Positions 1 to 12,228 are shown, counted from the first letter of the stretch. The stretch is DNA of 64,000 bases from the human T2T-CHM13v2.0 reference genome, Homo sapiens (GCF_009914755.1 NC_060925.1), one strand, 5' to 3'. A program made the numbers and translations. Notes: a model not told the origin generated them from the sequence alone.

Positions 1-174
1 CACAGCCCCTCCAAGGAAGGAGAGTTCACACGGGTGGTTTTTCAACATTCTCAGCAACAGGACTCCTTTCTAACCCCAACCTTGTGTGGGGTCCTGATTT
101 ACAAAACCAAGGAAGGCAGAGTTGGGGAGGATGCCCCGGCCACAGCTAAGTCTCAGGCTGAACAGCCTCATTCA

Positions 175-270
175 ATGCTCCCAGGAGCCCCATTTCGCAG
201 TGGAGAACCCAGAGCTCAGAGAGGGTGGGCAGTGAGTCCAGCCGCACAGGGAGCCAGGTAGAGGTGGCGC
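175..270 (-). mobile_element. MIR SINE fragment (degenerate)
   Basis: CCCATTTCGCAGTGGAGAACCCAGAGCTCAGAGAGGGT resembles the MIR core CCCATTTTACAGATGAGGAAACTGAGGCTCAGAGAGGT. Confidence 0.45.
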
Positions 271-1199
271 CACCACCCAGGCCTCCCCAGCGGGGCTGGG
301 AGGGGACTCAGGGGAGGGAGGACCTGCCAGCACCTGGCTACCTCCTAGCTGTCCCCTCTGGTTTCCCTGGGGCTTCTTGGCTCAGGCCAGACTCCTACAG
401 CAGTCTTCCAGGATGGAGTCCTGGAATAAAAGCTGTCATGGGAAGCCACCTCTGGGGTCCTCATGGGCTGGGGCCCACTGGTGGGATCTTAGCTGAGAGT
501 TTCAGCTATGAATCCTCAAAACCGCATCCCCATCCCTGAGCTGCAGGTGGGCCCCCTCTGGCATCCCGGCCTAGACAGGACGGCTGGATCTGAAGTGTCC
601 TGCATTTCCATCTCTGGGCATTTGGGGAAGTGCTCATGGGGTTTTCTGCACTGTGCATGGAGTTTGCCCTCGGAGACAGGCTTTAATATGCTTTTATGGC
701 CCTTTCTGGCTTTGCAGTTATCTCCAGCTGCTCCTCTGAAGGACCAAAACCATTGCCTGAACAAGGAGACCTGTACCTGTTACCAGATTCTCAGTGAGCA
801 AAACAGCCTGCCCACTGGGGCCCCTGCGGAAGGGACTCTGGAAGGGCTGGGACCATCTGCTTCCTACCCCATATGTGGCTGCTCTCCTTCCTGCTCCAGA
901 GCAGATGCTCAGGTGGGAGGTGGCCCTGCTGCTCTGGAGGTCAGAGTAGCCCAACCTCAGGGTCACCTGACAGCCCCGGTGATGTGAGTCTGAATGTATC
1001 ATTTCCTTCAAATCTTCCTCTCCCTAAAACTAGAAGATGTGATCCTGTGTGCACAGAGGCGTTCACAGGAACTCAGGTTCCTCCCAGTCTGGGGTGCAAA
1101 TACGTTCAATGGGTCCTCCTCTACTACTGCTGGACCTGGGGCCACCGCAGCAGCAAAGTCAGGAGAGATGGGCAGCTCCATCTCCGACCACCACGCCTG

Positions 1200-1530
1200 T
1201 CCTGGTGAGCTGGGGCGGCTGTAACCAAGTACCTCGGACCACAGACTGGGCAGCTTAGACAGCAGGAGTTTGTTTTTTCAAAACAAAGGGTCCCCGTGGT
1301 GCTGTTTGCTCCTGAGGCCCCTCTTGGGCCCTGTCTTCTGCCTGTGTCTTCACATGGTCATCCCTTTGCATCTGCATCCTCATCTTCTAAGGGCACCCGT
1401 CCTATTGGATTAGGGCCCGTCCTAATGACCTCCCTTTACCTTAGTCGTCTCTTTAGAGACCCTCTCGCCAAACGCATTCTGAGCTCCTGGGGTTAGGGCT
1501 TCGCCTGTGAATTTGAGGGGACCCAGTGCC
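1200..1530 (-). mobile_element. MLT1-family (ERVL-MaLR) solo LTR, degenerate
   Basis: MLT1-type blocks in the expected order: GGCTGTAACCAAGTACC..CACAGACTGGGCAGCTTAGACAGCAG, GTCTTCACATGGTC, ATTGGATTAGGGCCC..CCTAATGACCTC, GGGGTTAGGGCTTC..TGAATTTGAGGGG. Confidence 0.75.
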
Positions 1531-1819
1531 CTTCCTCGAAATGTCGTGTTGACTGGCAGTGGCTCTTTGTTCCGGGTCTCTGAGCATGACTGTTAGTGAT
1601 AACCTCGCATACCGCCAAAAACACCAGCCCCTGAGGGGTGGTGCAGAAACACCTGTGGAGGGTGCCCAGGCCATTGGGCATCGCCTTAAGCAGGTGTGCA
1701 GGGCAGGAGGGGACGAGAGTTCTGTAACTGGCATGCACGCACCATTCTGAGAAGCCGCATGAGCTTAAAGAGAGGCCTCAAACCTGAGAGGCGTCCCTGG
1801 AAACCAGGGCTGCTCTGGA

Positions 1820-2140
1820 GTGCACAATTTTTCCCATTTTTGTGGGGTTGAGCCTTTTCAATAAGATTTCAAGAGAATAAAATCCACAGGCCCCAGGGAA
1901 TTTGCATACGGCTACTTAACATCAATTCTGTATGTTTTTTAAAAAATAAAGAAATAAACACATCCACAAACTTCCCCATCCACAGGGCGGGACTACCCTG
2001 GGAGTTAACGGTTCAAACCTATACAATTTTTTAAAACCCAGCAGCTTTCCATAACAAAGGGCAAAATTCACAAACAAATTGCCTTCCTCCGCCGAAGTCA
2101 CTGCTCCTTGGCCGGGTAAAGGCATGTTGATAACACACAG
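1820..2140. promoter_or_regulatory. AT-rich enhancer-like island
   Basis: Abrupt AT-rich non-repeat segment with octamer ATTTGCAT (1900-1907), SOX-like AACAAAG, FOX-like AATAAACA, and three sense AATAAA hexamers. Confidence 0.4.
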
Positions 2141-2834
2141 CTCCTTGGGCCACCACTGAATGGCGGATTCCCATGGAGACAGGGTCCCCCGAGGTCTGAT
2201 GAGAACAGCATGGCTCAGGAGCCTGCATGCTTGCTCCCTGCTTCCAGCCTTTTCAGAACTCCAGCTCCCAGGCGGCACTGTGGGGACCCAGGAGGCGGCC
2301 TCCCAGAGGGAAGTCAGGGCTAAGCAGAGGCAGCCCAAGACCTGCTGTCCTTGCTGGAAGGTGCTAGAAGGAGCTGGGAGGGGTGGGGTTGGAAGGTGCT
2401 GGTGGGAGCTGGGAGGGGCTGGAAGGCAAGCGCCTCCGTGCACAGGGCCTTGCTGTTCTAGAAGCTCCAGTGAACAGGCAGAGGCTGCCCGGGGAGGGAC
2501 AGTGCTAGAGAGGACAGGGTGCTGAGTCAGCGGGCATCTCCAGTGGGCGGGAGACCACAGCAGTTGTCTGCCCCAGTGTTCACAAGGGTGGGCGCCGCAG
2601 CCAGCCCTCAAGAAGCCCTCAGTCCAGCCTGGCTGGCCCCGCCTACACATCCAGGAGCATGTGCCAGCGGCCCTCTCCCCAGACCCCTTCTGCCCCCTTC
2701 ATTCAGAGCTGCAGCCACTTTGTCACCCTGGCAGGCCCCTCTGGGCTACAAACCCCTAGTGAAGTCTTCCTTGGAGCCCCCACCTCCCCACGTCACCTGG
2801 CCCTCGCTGTGCATTCCTGGGCCGTGGCCACCCC

Positions 2835-2945
2835 GCCCACAGACATGGACCCTGAAGGGCAGGGATGCTTCTGCTCCTCCCAGCTCCTGGCAGCATCTGG
2901 TACCCAGTGGCCACTTCATGAACGCTCACTGAACACATGCATGAG
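2835..2945 (+). mobile_element. L2 LINE 3' end fragment
   Basis: CCCTGAAGGGCAGGGATGC..CCCAGCTCCTGGCAGCATCTGGTACCCAGTGGCCACTTCATGAACGCTCACTGAAC follows the L2 3'-terminal pattern. Confidence 0.45.
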
Positions 2946-3654
2946 AGGTGAACACCCACCCGGAGGTAGGGTGGCCTCCAAGGACAGGGCTCTTGCAGGG
3001 TGAGTCCCTCAGTGCATGGGAGGAGGCAGGATGGACTGTTCTGGAGCAGGTGTCATGGGAGGATCTGCTGTCCTCTCTGGAAGGTGCTGGAGAGGAGCGG
3101 GGGGTGGGGGCGGGTGGAAGGTGCTGGAAGAAGCTGTCAGGAGTGCCTGGGCAGGAGGAGAAGCAGGGCCATCCCCCCAAGTAGTGAGCCCTCCCCACGA
3201 TGGCCACAGGCTCCTCACTGGGGAGCAGGAGCTTCCACTGCCTGCCTGGTGTCCTGAGGGCTTAGACCTGGAGGTACCACTGTCCTGCCCACCAGCCTCC
3301 CTGGGCCCAAACTTGAGGGCCCAGCCCGGCCTGGTCACAGCTCTGACACCCCGCTTCCTCCAGGCACCTGGCCCAGAGCAGAGGCTTCGGTCTGCACTGC
3401 AGCACCCTGTGGGTCCAGAGATGGAAGGCGCTGTGCATGGGCGCATGGTCTGGTCAGGGCCCTCTCTGGGCCAGGGGCTGGTCAGCAGGCTCTTCCGGAG
3501 CGCAGCCTTGCACCTGAGGCCTGGGCCTGGCTGCAGGAAAGGGAACCCTTGGACGGTCACCGGTCTGGACCCCAAAGGGTTAAGGAGCAAGTGTGCACTT
3601 TGTTCCCGGCATCCCCTCAGATGTGAGCCTAGCGCTGTCCCCAATCCCTTCCTC

Positions 3655-3800
3655 ATGACTGTGATTAGTATTGCGGGATGAATAGGCCAGCGCAGATTCC
3701 TATGGTAACCTTCAAAATGCATTCCTCGGGCAGGCTCTGCCTCCCGCAGTAATTACATTCCTAACTCGGCCCACAAGCAGCATGCTAATTAGCGCTCCGC
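3655..3800. promoter_or_regulatory. Compact RFX/TEAD/homeodomain motif cluster
   Basis: CCTATGGTAAC (RFX-like, 3699-3709), GCATTCCT (3719-3726) and ACATTCCT (3755-3762) (TEAD MCAT), palindromes GTAATTAC (3749-3756) and GCTAATTAGC (3784-3793). Confidence 0.45.
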
Positions 3801-6254
3801 TGGCCTCGCCTCCCGCCCTGAGAACGGGGCTAGCAGAGGCCACTGCTGTGTGCAGCCCCTTCCCCCTGCGGCGCCCCAGACAGGACAGGAAACAGGCGAG
3901 AGGCCAGGGCAGCTAGGCCAGGCCGGCCACAGAGAGTCTTCAGGGAGGAGCAGCCCAAAGCCCCTCTGCCACGGCCATCCTTAGTGTGCCCCGGGGTCCA
4001 CCTGTGCTCCTTAGTTGGGTGGGGGCAGGACATGTCCTGAAAGCTCTGCCCTGTCCTCCAGCCCCAGCTTCCTGTTGAAGCTTCCTGGGTGCAGGGCTCA
4101 GGGCTGAGAAGGGGGCAGGCTGGGGCCCGTCTCACCCTCGGCCTCAAAGGATGCCAGCCCAGCTCCCCACCTAGCACATGTGGATGGAGTCCTGGCAGGG
4201 TGGGCGGGGTATGGGGGGAAGCCCCTGGGGGAGCCTGTCTTCCAAAGAGAGCAGCCCTGGTGAGCAGGTGGCCAGGTCTGCAGAGAACACCTGGCAGGCA
4301 GTTCTTTGGATGCGATGGGGGTGTCCAACCTGGAAGCTGAAGGAGAGACACAGGCTAGGAGGGAGGGGAGCTCCCTGGGCAGAGGGGCCGGGGCACTGGG
4401 CCTGAGGCTGTTGAGAGCCTGGTGCTTCTGAGGAGGACTGGGTGGTGGCCCCACTGGGGCCCGAGGGGGCTGGAGGGCCAGAAGCGGCTCAGGGGCCCGA
4501 GGGCTGGTGCGAGATGGATAGCTTTGCCTGGCTCACACACAGCGGGTACCTGAGCAGAGGCAGGGATGGGGATCCTGCCAGGGCTGGGGGAGTGGTCACA
4601 GGGCAAAGGCTGGACAAGGTGGGGCTTGGGGAGTTGTGGTGTGGGTGCGCTGGGTGGCAGAGCTGGCAGGAACTGGCAATGAATTACACATGGGGTTTGG
4701 GAAAGGGAAGGCACCCCCAGGTTTCTGTCCCAAGCACCTGGGCCAGTGGAGGCATTTGGCCAGGCCAGCATGGGGGGGAGCAGCTCCCGGCGGGCTGCCT
4801 GAGGGTCCACTGGTATCAGCGAGGCAGTGCTGGCCATTGCTGGGCTGGCATTGGAAGGTAAGGGCAGAGGGCTGTGCCCATAGGGCTGATAGTGCTGGCC
4901 CTGTCACTGAATAGTGGGCACCTGTTCTCTAGTGGGCAGGTGTGGCTCCATGACAACAGCGCCTGGGGCCAACAGAGCCCTGCCACCCAGACGACCAGAA
5001 GGAGAGGGGGCCAGCCTTTCTCTCCCCTGCCCCACCAGAGGCCAGGATGGCAGCATGGCCAGGGGGCAGGCCCTAGGGCCAGGTGTCATGGGCTTAAGCC
5101 TGGCAAGAGCAGCTCACACCTCATCAGGGTGGGGCCAGTAGGTGCCCCAGGAATTTTGGTGTCTGCTGCTGCCATGGCCTCAGGGAAGGAAGCCGAGGGC
5201 CCAGGAAGCAGGGCTGCCATTTCCCAGGGTCAAGTGTCTCCAAGAGCAAAGCTGCTCACCTTGAACCTCACCCTGCCTATGTCCCCACCCTGTTGGTCTT
5301 GGGGGACCAGTCTGGTGGATTCCAGAAGGCTGTGGCTACAGCTAGGCTTTCGGGCTTGGGCAAAGAGCTGGGAGCAGGTGGTTCCACAGTGCTGGCTGGG
5401 CCGGGGGAGCCATTGATTTTGTGCCCAGGTGGTTTACAGTGTGAGGCTTAGGGAGGGATTACCGGGCTCGGGATTTGGAAGCCAGCAGTTCCTTGGTGTC
5501 AGTCTGCACAACTAATTCTAATGTAAATAGAGCAATCCTTTAAGTATATATCATTTAATGCCCGATGGGGAGCCTGCGGATCTCCTTACCGCCATCCTCA
5601 TCTCAGAGTAGCTGCTGGTTAACTTCTCTGTCTCAGCCCATTTCTCTGATGGCGGGTGTTTGTGGTAAACCCCGTGAAGGTGTCACAATCATCATGGAAG
5701 GCATCCTGGATGGATTTCTGTTCCCTTTTGTCCTCCTCACTGGACCAGTGACTCGAAACCACCTTTCCTTGTAAGAGACACACACTATCCCTGGGAACTC
5801 TGCTAGCCAAACCCCAGCTGCCTCCTGGTTGTGCTGGCTGTGGCCCCTGGCCTCACTCTCTCCCTGCCCTGGGCCTTGCTCAAGCCACTACTGGCCAAGC
5901 TCTGGGCCTCAATGACCATGCCATGTGTCTAGCCTGGGGCTGGGCTTTCCTGGGAGGTCCTAAGGTAAATGCTGTGCAACCCCTGCCGGGGAGGGGGGCT
6001 GAATTGTCAGGGAATAGCAAGGCAGCACTGGCACTGCCACAGTGGCTGGTGTCAGGGAGTTCACCTCCACACCAGGCCATGCCAAACTGATTCCTTTCTC
6101 CAGACAAACCTTGAGTTGGGAGCTCTTATTATCTCAGTTCCACAGCCTGGGAGATGCAGCTGCAGCACACAGAGTGTGAAATCTTACATTCGTAGGACTG
6201 GGAGAGCATGTCTAGCAAGGGGCCATTGGTCTTGCCGTTTGTCCTTAGAGCTTT

Positions 6255-6655
6255 GCTTCCTTTAAAAATAAACCCTTCCCTATTCCCAATCCAAATTATC
6301 CTGTAATTCTTTTTTGAAGTTTTACTTTCCATCATGAAGTCCTTCAACCCACCAATGGTGAATTTTTATGTATGGTGTGAGGTAGGGATCTAACTTTTCT
6401 TTCATGCAGCTGGTGGGTAAGCTCCATCCCAGCCTGGTCTATGTAGGGGAAGTATTCACCTCTGGGATTTAAAATGTTACCAAGTAACCTGCAAAATCAC
6501 CTCTGTGACAGTCAAAGTTTTGTCCCAGTGAGGGTCTGTCTCTCAGTTTCTCATCTCTTTCTTCCCAATCATCAGTTGGTTTATGCCTGGCAATGCTACA
6601 GTGCCTGACACAGCTATTGGAGTAATCGCCATATGCTAGGGACAGGCACCCTGCC
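6255..6655 (-). mobile_element. Ancient L1 (L1M-type) ORF2-region fragment
   Basis: ATTTTTATGTATGGTGTGAGGTAGGGATCTAACTTTTCTTT is a typical antisense L1M ORF2 signature within an AT-rich segment. Confidence 0.65.
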
Positions 6656-6920
6656 AGGTGCTGTCCTCTGCTTTTGGAGGGGTGGAGGAAACCAAGGCAC
6701 AGAGAGATGGTGCCTCTGGGCAGCTGCTCCAGGTCAAAGCACTGTCAAGAAGGCCGAGTGGCCCTGAGATGGGAGCTGGTGCCAGATGTCTGTTCCCTTC
6801 CTGTCCTGCCAGGAGGGGTCCATTTGAGCAGGACCTTCAGAGGCAGTGCCCCCTTAGTGCTCAGGATGCCAACAGATTGTCCCAAAAGGTGCTGGCAAAT
6901 TTTTAAAATAATGTGAAACA

Positions 6921-7235
<315 letters not shown>

Positions 7236-7959
7236 TTACCTTCTTTCTGTGTCACAGGTTTTTGTCGCCTTGGGGCTAAGTGTGCTGATCCGGTCCACGT
7301 TTTGCAGGTGGGTGGGCTGCCACCAGCTCCTTCGACTGGACCAAATGCCGTGGATTCTAGCTTGTATTCAGTATTATTATCATTATGATTACTTTACCAT
7401 TCACCAAGGGGCAGCACCATCCTGGGGAGGCAGCTGCATCCTCATCCGTGGAGCCCGCAGGATGCAGGCTGAGGCTCTCTCTCCTCCTGCAGATGTTCAG
7501 ACTAGCTCCCTAAACAGACGCTAAAGTGATTCCTCCCCACAGATCTCAGAAGTCAACTGCCCTTTAATAACTGTCTAATACTAAACGCTCCTGGGAGGCC
7601 CTAGTGAAGCATCACAGACCATTAGACCGGGGCTTCCGCCGAGGACTAATTGAGCAGCCCTTAGGGCTTTTCATCTGGGCAAGAATCCGAACTCCTCCAG
7701 GAAAGCATCAAGTCCATCCCGGGGAGTGTGGCAGGGGAATTTCCATCCCGTCTGTGTGCTTGAGCAAAGGACATGAAAGCAAACGAGTATGGGAGTTATT
7801 ACGGGGTCTCAAAGCCAAATTTCCCCCCAAATATCACCTGAGTGGCCCATGGAGAGAATGGATGAGTGGCCGGTGTGTTTTTCAGGGGAAGCTCATTTGT
7901 GTTGGATATGGGCTCAGCTGGCATCACCTCTTTCCAGACACAGACACAGACAGCAGCTC

Positions 7960-8643
7960 CTCCATGTCCTGCGTGTGGGGACACAGTGCTCGGGGGCTCC
8001 CCTATGTCCTGGGTGTGGGGACACAGTGTCTGTGCCTCCCCCGTGTCCTGGATGTGGGGACACAGTGTCTGCGGCTCCCCCATGTCCTGGGTATGGGGAC
8101 ACAGTGCTCGGGGGCTCCCCTCTGTCCTGGGTGTGGGGACACAGTGGCTGTGGCTCCCCCATGTCCTGGGTGTGGGGACACAGTGTCTGCGGCTCCCCCA
8201 TGTCCTGGGTGTGGGGACACAGTGTCTGTGGATCCCCCATGTCCTGGGTATGGGGACACAGTGCTCGGGGGCTCCCCTCTGTCCTGGGTGTGGGGACACA
8301 GTGGCTGTGGCTCCCCTATGTCCTGGGTGTGGGGACACAGTGTCTGCGGCTCCCCCATGTCCTGGGTGTGGGGACACAGTGCTCGGGGGCTCCCCCATGT
8401 CCTGGGTGTGGGGACACAGTGTCTGCGGCTCCCCCATGTCCTGGGTGTGGGGACACAGTGTCTGAGGCTCCCCCATGTCCTGGGTGTGCAGACACAGTGC
8501 TCAGGGGCTCCCCCATGTCCTGGGTGTGGGGACACAGTGTCTGAGGCTCCCCCATGTCCTGGGTGTGCAGACACAGTGCTCAGGGGCTCCCCCATGTCCT
8601 GGGTGTGGGGACACAGTGTCTGTGGCTCCCCCATGTCCTGGGG
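7960..8643. repeat. 39-40 bp minisatellite, 17 full units plus a partial
   Basis: Unit CCCCCATGTCCTGGGTGTGGGGACACAGTG(TCTGCGGCT/CTCGGGGGCT/GCTGTGGCT); explains the repetitive ORFs across 7604-8951. Confidence 0.97.
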
Positions 8644-9514
8644 AACGTATTTTAGTGATTGAAGTTGGACCTAACGTGGGTGTTTTCTCAAGTATTCATG
8701 CAAATCATTATCTAAAGAGAGAATGTATTTCTGTTAGGATGTCAAGATCAGCTTGGTGTGAACTTTCCTTCTCCTCACGTGGCATCTCTGAGTTGTGGGC
8801 TTCCTGTGGTCCTGGAGAGAATGTTCCGGCTCAGCCTCTCTTTAACAGGAGCGTGGGAGGGATGGAGGCCACGTGTGAGGGGCACATGCTTGGGGCCGGG
8901 ATGAGGTGCAGCTCTTGGGATAAGAACAGTTGCCGAGTCCTTGCCGCCTGATGCCCCGGGGTGGGGTGGGGGATGGGTCTAAATCGAAGGAGGCCAGAGA
9001 TTGCCCGGTTCTGGGCAAGACGGCAGGGGAGCCATTGCCAGCCTAGCTTCGTGGGCTGGTGAGGATGTGGCACCGATGTATTGAGGAATCCCTGGGCCCC
9101 ACACCTGCCGAGTGTGAGATGGGGAAGCTGGAGGTGGGAGGCTCCACGCTGGCTCACGTGCAGGGGCCCAGGGATTCCCAGGGCAGGCCCCTAGGACCCT
9201 GTCCACACCTGGCCTTGGGCCCTGCTGGCCACTGCTGGGCCCCTGTGCCCACGTCACAGCCTGCCTGTGCCAAGGCCCCTGGGAGACGCGGAGAGAAGGG
9301 AAAGAGGCTTGTCCTCGGCCACGGCCTTAGTGGGGTGCGGGCAGCACCGGCCTCTGTGTGATCCTGCACTGGGCAGTGGGGGAGGCAGGATGGACAAGAG
9401 TCTCCCTCCTGAAGGTGGTGCTGGGGGGAAGTCCACACATGGAGGCAGGATTCTTGTCAAGGGGTGGAAAGCCAGGCCAGGCACCTGTGTGGACCCAGTG
9501 CCACGCGGACTCCT

Positions 9515-9680
9515 GTGGGGAGGAGGAGGGAGGCGGGGGGAGGAGGGGGGAGGAGGGGGGAGGAGGACAGGCAAGGAGGCCTCGAAGAGGGAAGACCAGA
9601 GAAGGAGGGGAAGGGGAGAGCGGAGGGAAAGAGGTGGGATAAGGAAGAGAAGGAGGAGGAAGGGGAAGAGGGAGGAGGGT
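9515..9680. repeat. GA/GGA-rich polypurine low-complexity tract
   Basis: GGGAGGAGGAGGGAGGCGGGGGGAGGAGGGGGGAGGAGGGGGGAGGAGG...; G4/triplex-prone. Confidence 0.8.
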
Positions 9681-9699
9681 GCCGAGCAAGGTTGGGGGA

Positions 9700-10200
9700 G
9701 CCCAGCGCACGGAAAGGAGGCGCAGGTCAGGGGCGCACGCCCCCTGGGGCGGGGGCGCAGGCCGGCTTTCAGGTACCGGCCTTTTGTCTGCTGCCTTGGG
9801 CTCGCCTGTCAGCCCCGCTGTCAGAGGCCTAATCTTTTTTTCTTCGCGGCTGAAAAGGCCCAGCGCCACATCAGGCGACACACGGCTGCCTATTCTCCTT
9901 CCCCGCAGAACCCAATCACTGGACAGCGCCACGATAATTCACTCCCCAGCCCGCCCTTTGAAAAGGTGGGCCGCCTCTGCGCCGCTCCCCAGCAAGATAA
10001 ATCATGTACTCGAAATTAACTTCCATTGAGAGGGAGGGCAGGAAGAAAGGCTGATGGGCCGGCGCGGCGGCGAGGGAGGACCGGCCTTGATAAATGTCAG
10101 TGCGGATAATTGGGGGGCTGTGATTAAGATCTTATCTAGGTGGGAAGTAAACAGAAAAGACTTTAATAAAACTCCTGCCCCATCCACGCTCACTAACTTG
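9700..10200. promoter_or_regulatory. CpG-rich enhancer or internal promoter-like element
   Basis: CpG-dense; CCAATCA 9912-9918, CCTTTGAA (TCF/LEF-like) 9955-9962, AGATAA plus ATAAATCA (PBX-HOX rc) 9995-10004, TGATAAATGTCA 10088-10099, CTTATCT 10131-10137, GTAAACA 10147-10153, TAATAAAA 10164-10171. Confidence 0.55.
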
Positions 10201-11659
10201 AGAAGTTCCTTTCCCCCCCTTATTTTTGGGGGTGAATTCAGAAGAGAATACCAAAAAGGTCTTAGCGAAGGAAAAGTTGGTTTCAGGGCATCACTTAAAA
10301 GGATTAAACGGACCTCGGAGGAGCCTCGGCGTTTCACCCGTGGTGACAAAAGGCAGAGGAAACAGAAGGGAGCACGGCTTTGTCCCCAAATTCCCACTTA
10401 TACGAAATGATGAAATTTCAGGGCTGAGCATCCATCGTGGGCCCCGGGAACCGGCCTCTCAGCCTCTCTTTTCGCTTCTCTCTAGTCATAAGCATTATCT
10501 TGGTCTGTAAACGTTCTTTTTTCAAGTAAGAGGAGCCCCGCGCTTGCACAGCCTGGGGTGCGGGAGGCAGTTTGCACGGGAAGGCTCTGTGTTCCCGGGC
10601 CGGCTTCGCCCCAGGGCCCCACTCAGTGGCCTTCGCCTGGGGATTGATGTTTGCTGCCCTGACTCCAGCAGCCTGCAGCTCCAACCCACGCTGCTGGTGG
10701 AGGGAGCGTCTGTGGAGCCTGTCCTCCATCGCTGGTGCCCTGGCCGGGCCGCATTCCTGCAGACAGGGCCTTCCCACTTGCGTGGACCACCCCCTGCAGC
10801 CGGGCAGCTGCTCCCCGGTGAGGGTTTCTGCCAGCTAAGGGCATAGTCACCCTTGCATTGGCAAATCCGTCTGAGGTCTGCACTCCCCTAATTGGAGTCG
10901 CTCAGGGAGGCAAAGGGGTGGGCAGCCCCGAGGGCCCGCCTGGGCTCCAGCCCCATCATCCTCCTGTGGAACGGGGTCCCGGGCCATCCTTCTTGCGGGG
11001 AGAGCCTGTGGGAACTCACTGAGGTCACATGTGCAAAGGGCTCAGCTGGCAGTTACAAGGACTGGGGTGTGCTCCCTGTGCCATGCAAGTCTTCCCAGAC
11101 TGGTGCAGGGCCTGCCATGGGGCACCCAGAGCCCCAGCTAGAAGCAGACCCAGGGAACAGCCAGCCTCTGTGATACTGGGGGGCCTCTTGTGGAGGGGGC
11201 TGTGGCCTGTGTGGCTCCAGCAGATCTGAGATATTACTGGGCCACAGGGACTCCACGGAGGGGGCTGGACACCCGTGCTGTGCACACTGCAATGTTCTCC
11301 CCCAAGCTCTGGTCAGCCCGTCTGCGGTGGCCTGGCTGTGGGCCACTGGAGGGAGCATCAGGTGCAGGGGAGTGGGAGGGGAAGCAGGACAGGGGCCCGG
11401 AGGAGACAGGACGGCTAGGGGATTGTGACCCTGGAACACAGTGGCTCCTTCACTGCAGGTCCCAGCCCGAGTGTGACTCAGTCCTCAGCTGGGCAGGGGA
11501 GGGCGTGGGGATGCCCAGGACCTGCACTTACTAGGTGCTTAGCAAAGGTGCCTAGAGAGGAAGGCTCGGAGGAAGGAGGGAGGGAGGGAGGGGAGGGGAC
11601 GAGACAGACCCATTATGACCAAGGCCGAGGCCTGAGCCAGCGGGAGGGGCCTGCGTCCA

Positions 11660-11860
11660 TGGCTGGCCTTGGCGTCACTGACACTTTGCTCCGAATAATC
11701 CCTTGTCTTGCTGGTCGTCCTGGGCACTGCAGGGCGCTGAGCAGCATTCCCGGCCCCCACCCACCAGACCAGGGTGGCTCCCCCTCAGAGCTGACCACCA
11801 AACACATCCCCAGACATGGCCGCGTGCCCCAGGGCAGAACCCCCGTCTGGGGGCCCTGGG
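11660..11860 (-). mobile_element. MER20 (hAT-Charlie non-autonomous DNA transposon)
   Basis: CACTGACACTTTG..ATAATCCCTTGT..GTCCTGGGCACTGCAGGGCGCTGAGCAGCATTCCCGGCCCCCACCCACCAGA..GACCACCAAACACATCCCCAGACATGGCC is colinear with the MER20 consensus as I recall it. Confidence 0.75.
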
Positions 11861-12228
11861 CCAGAGGCAGAGGCTGCATCCTGGCAGGGAGGCCCAGACT
11901 CCCTCGAAGGTGCCCCTGTGTCTGCCTCCCTCAGGCCGGCTCTGGGCTCAGAAGCTCTGGAATCGAAGGAGTTAGATGCTTTCCCTTGAGAATATTTTCT
12001 GTTTCATTTTGAGGGAGAATTTTTTTCTTTTTTTTCTCTCCCACTCGGGATGTGAAGGACAAACACTGGAGTGGTTCCTCTGTTTTCTTTGGTTTTGTTT
12101 TTAAACCTACTAGTCATGTGCGGAGGAGTTTCAGGGACAAAGTTGCCAACTTTTGAAGTGTAGATTTGTATTTGCATGTTCATTTGTGATGGCGCCGTGC
12201 TGCAGTAAGACAGCGGCGTGTATCTCTG

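Noticed and set aside
7604-8951. Cys-rich ORFs with repeated CPGCGD (zinc-finger or metallothionein-like look)
   Set aside because: Translation of the 39-40 bp minisatellite; the motif hops between frames with unit length
9921-9930. REST/NRSE right half GGACAGCGCC
   Set aside because: Left half TTCAGCACC is absent at canonical spacing
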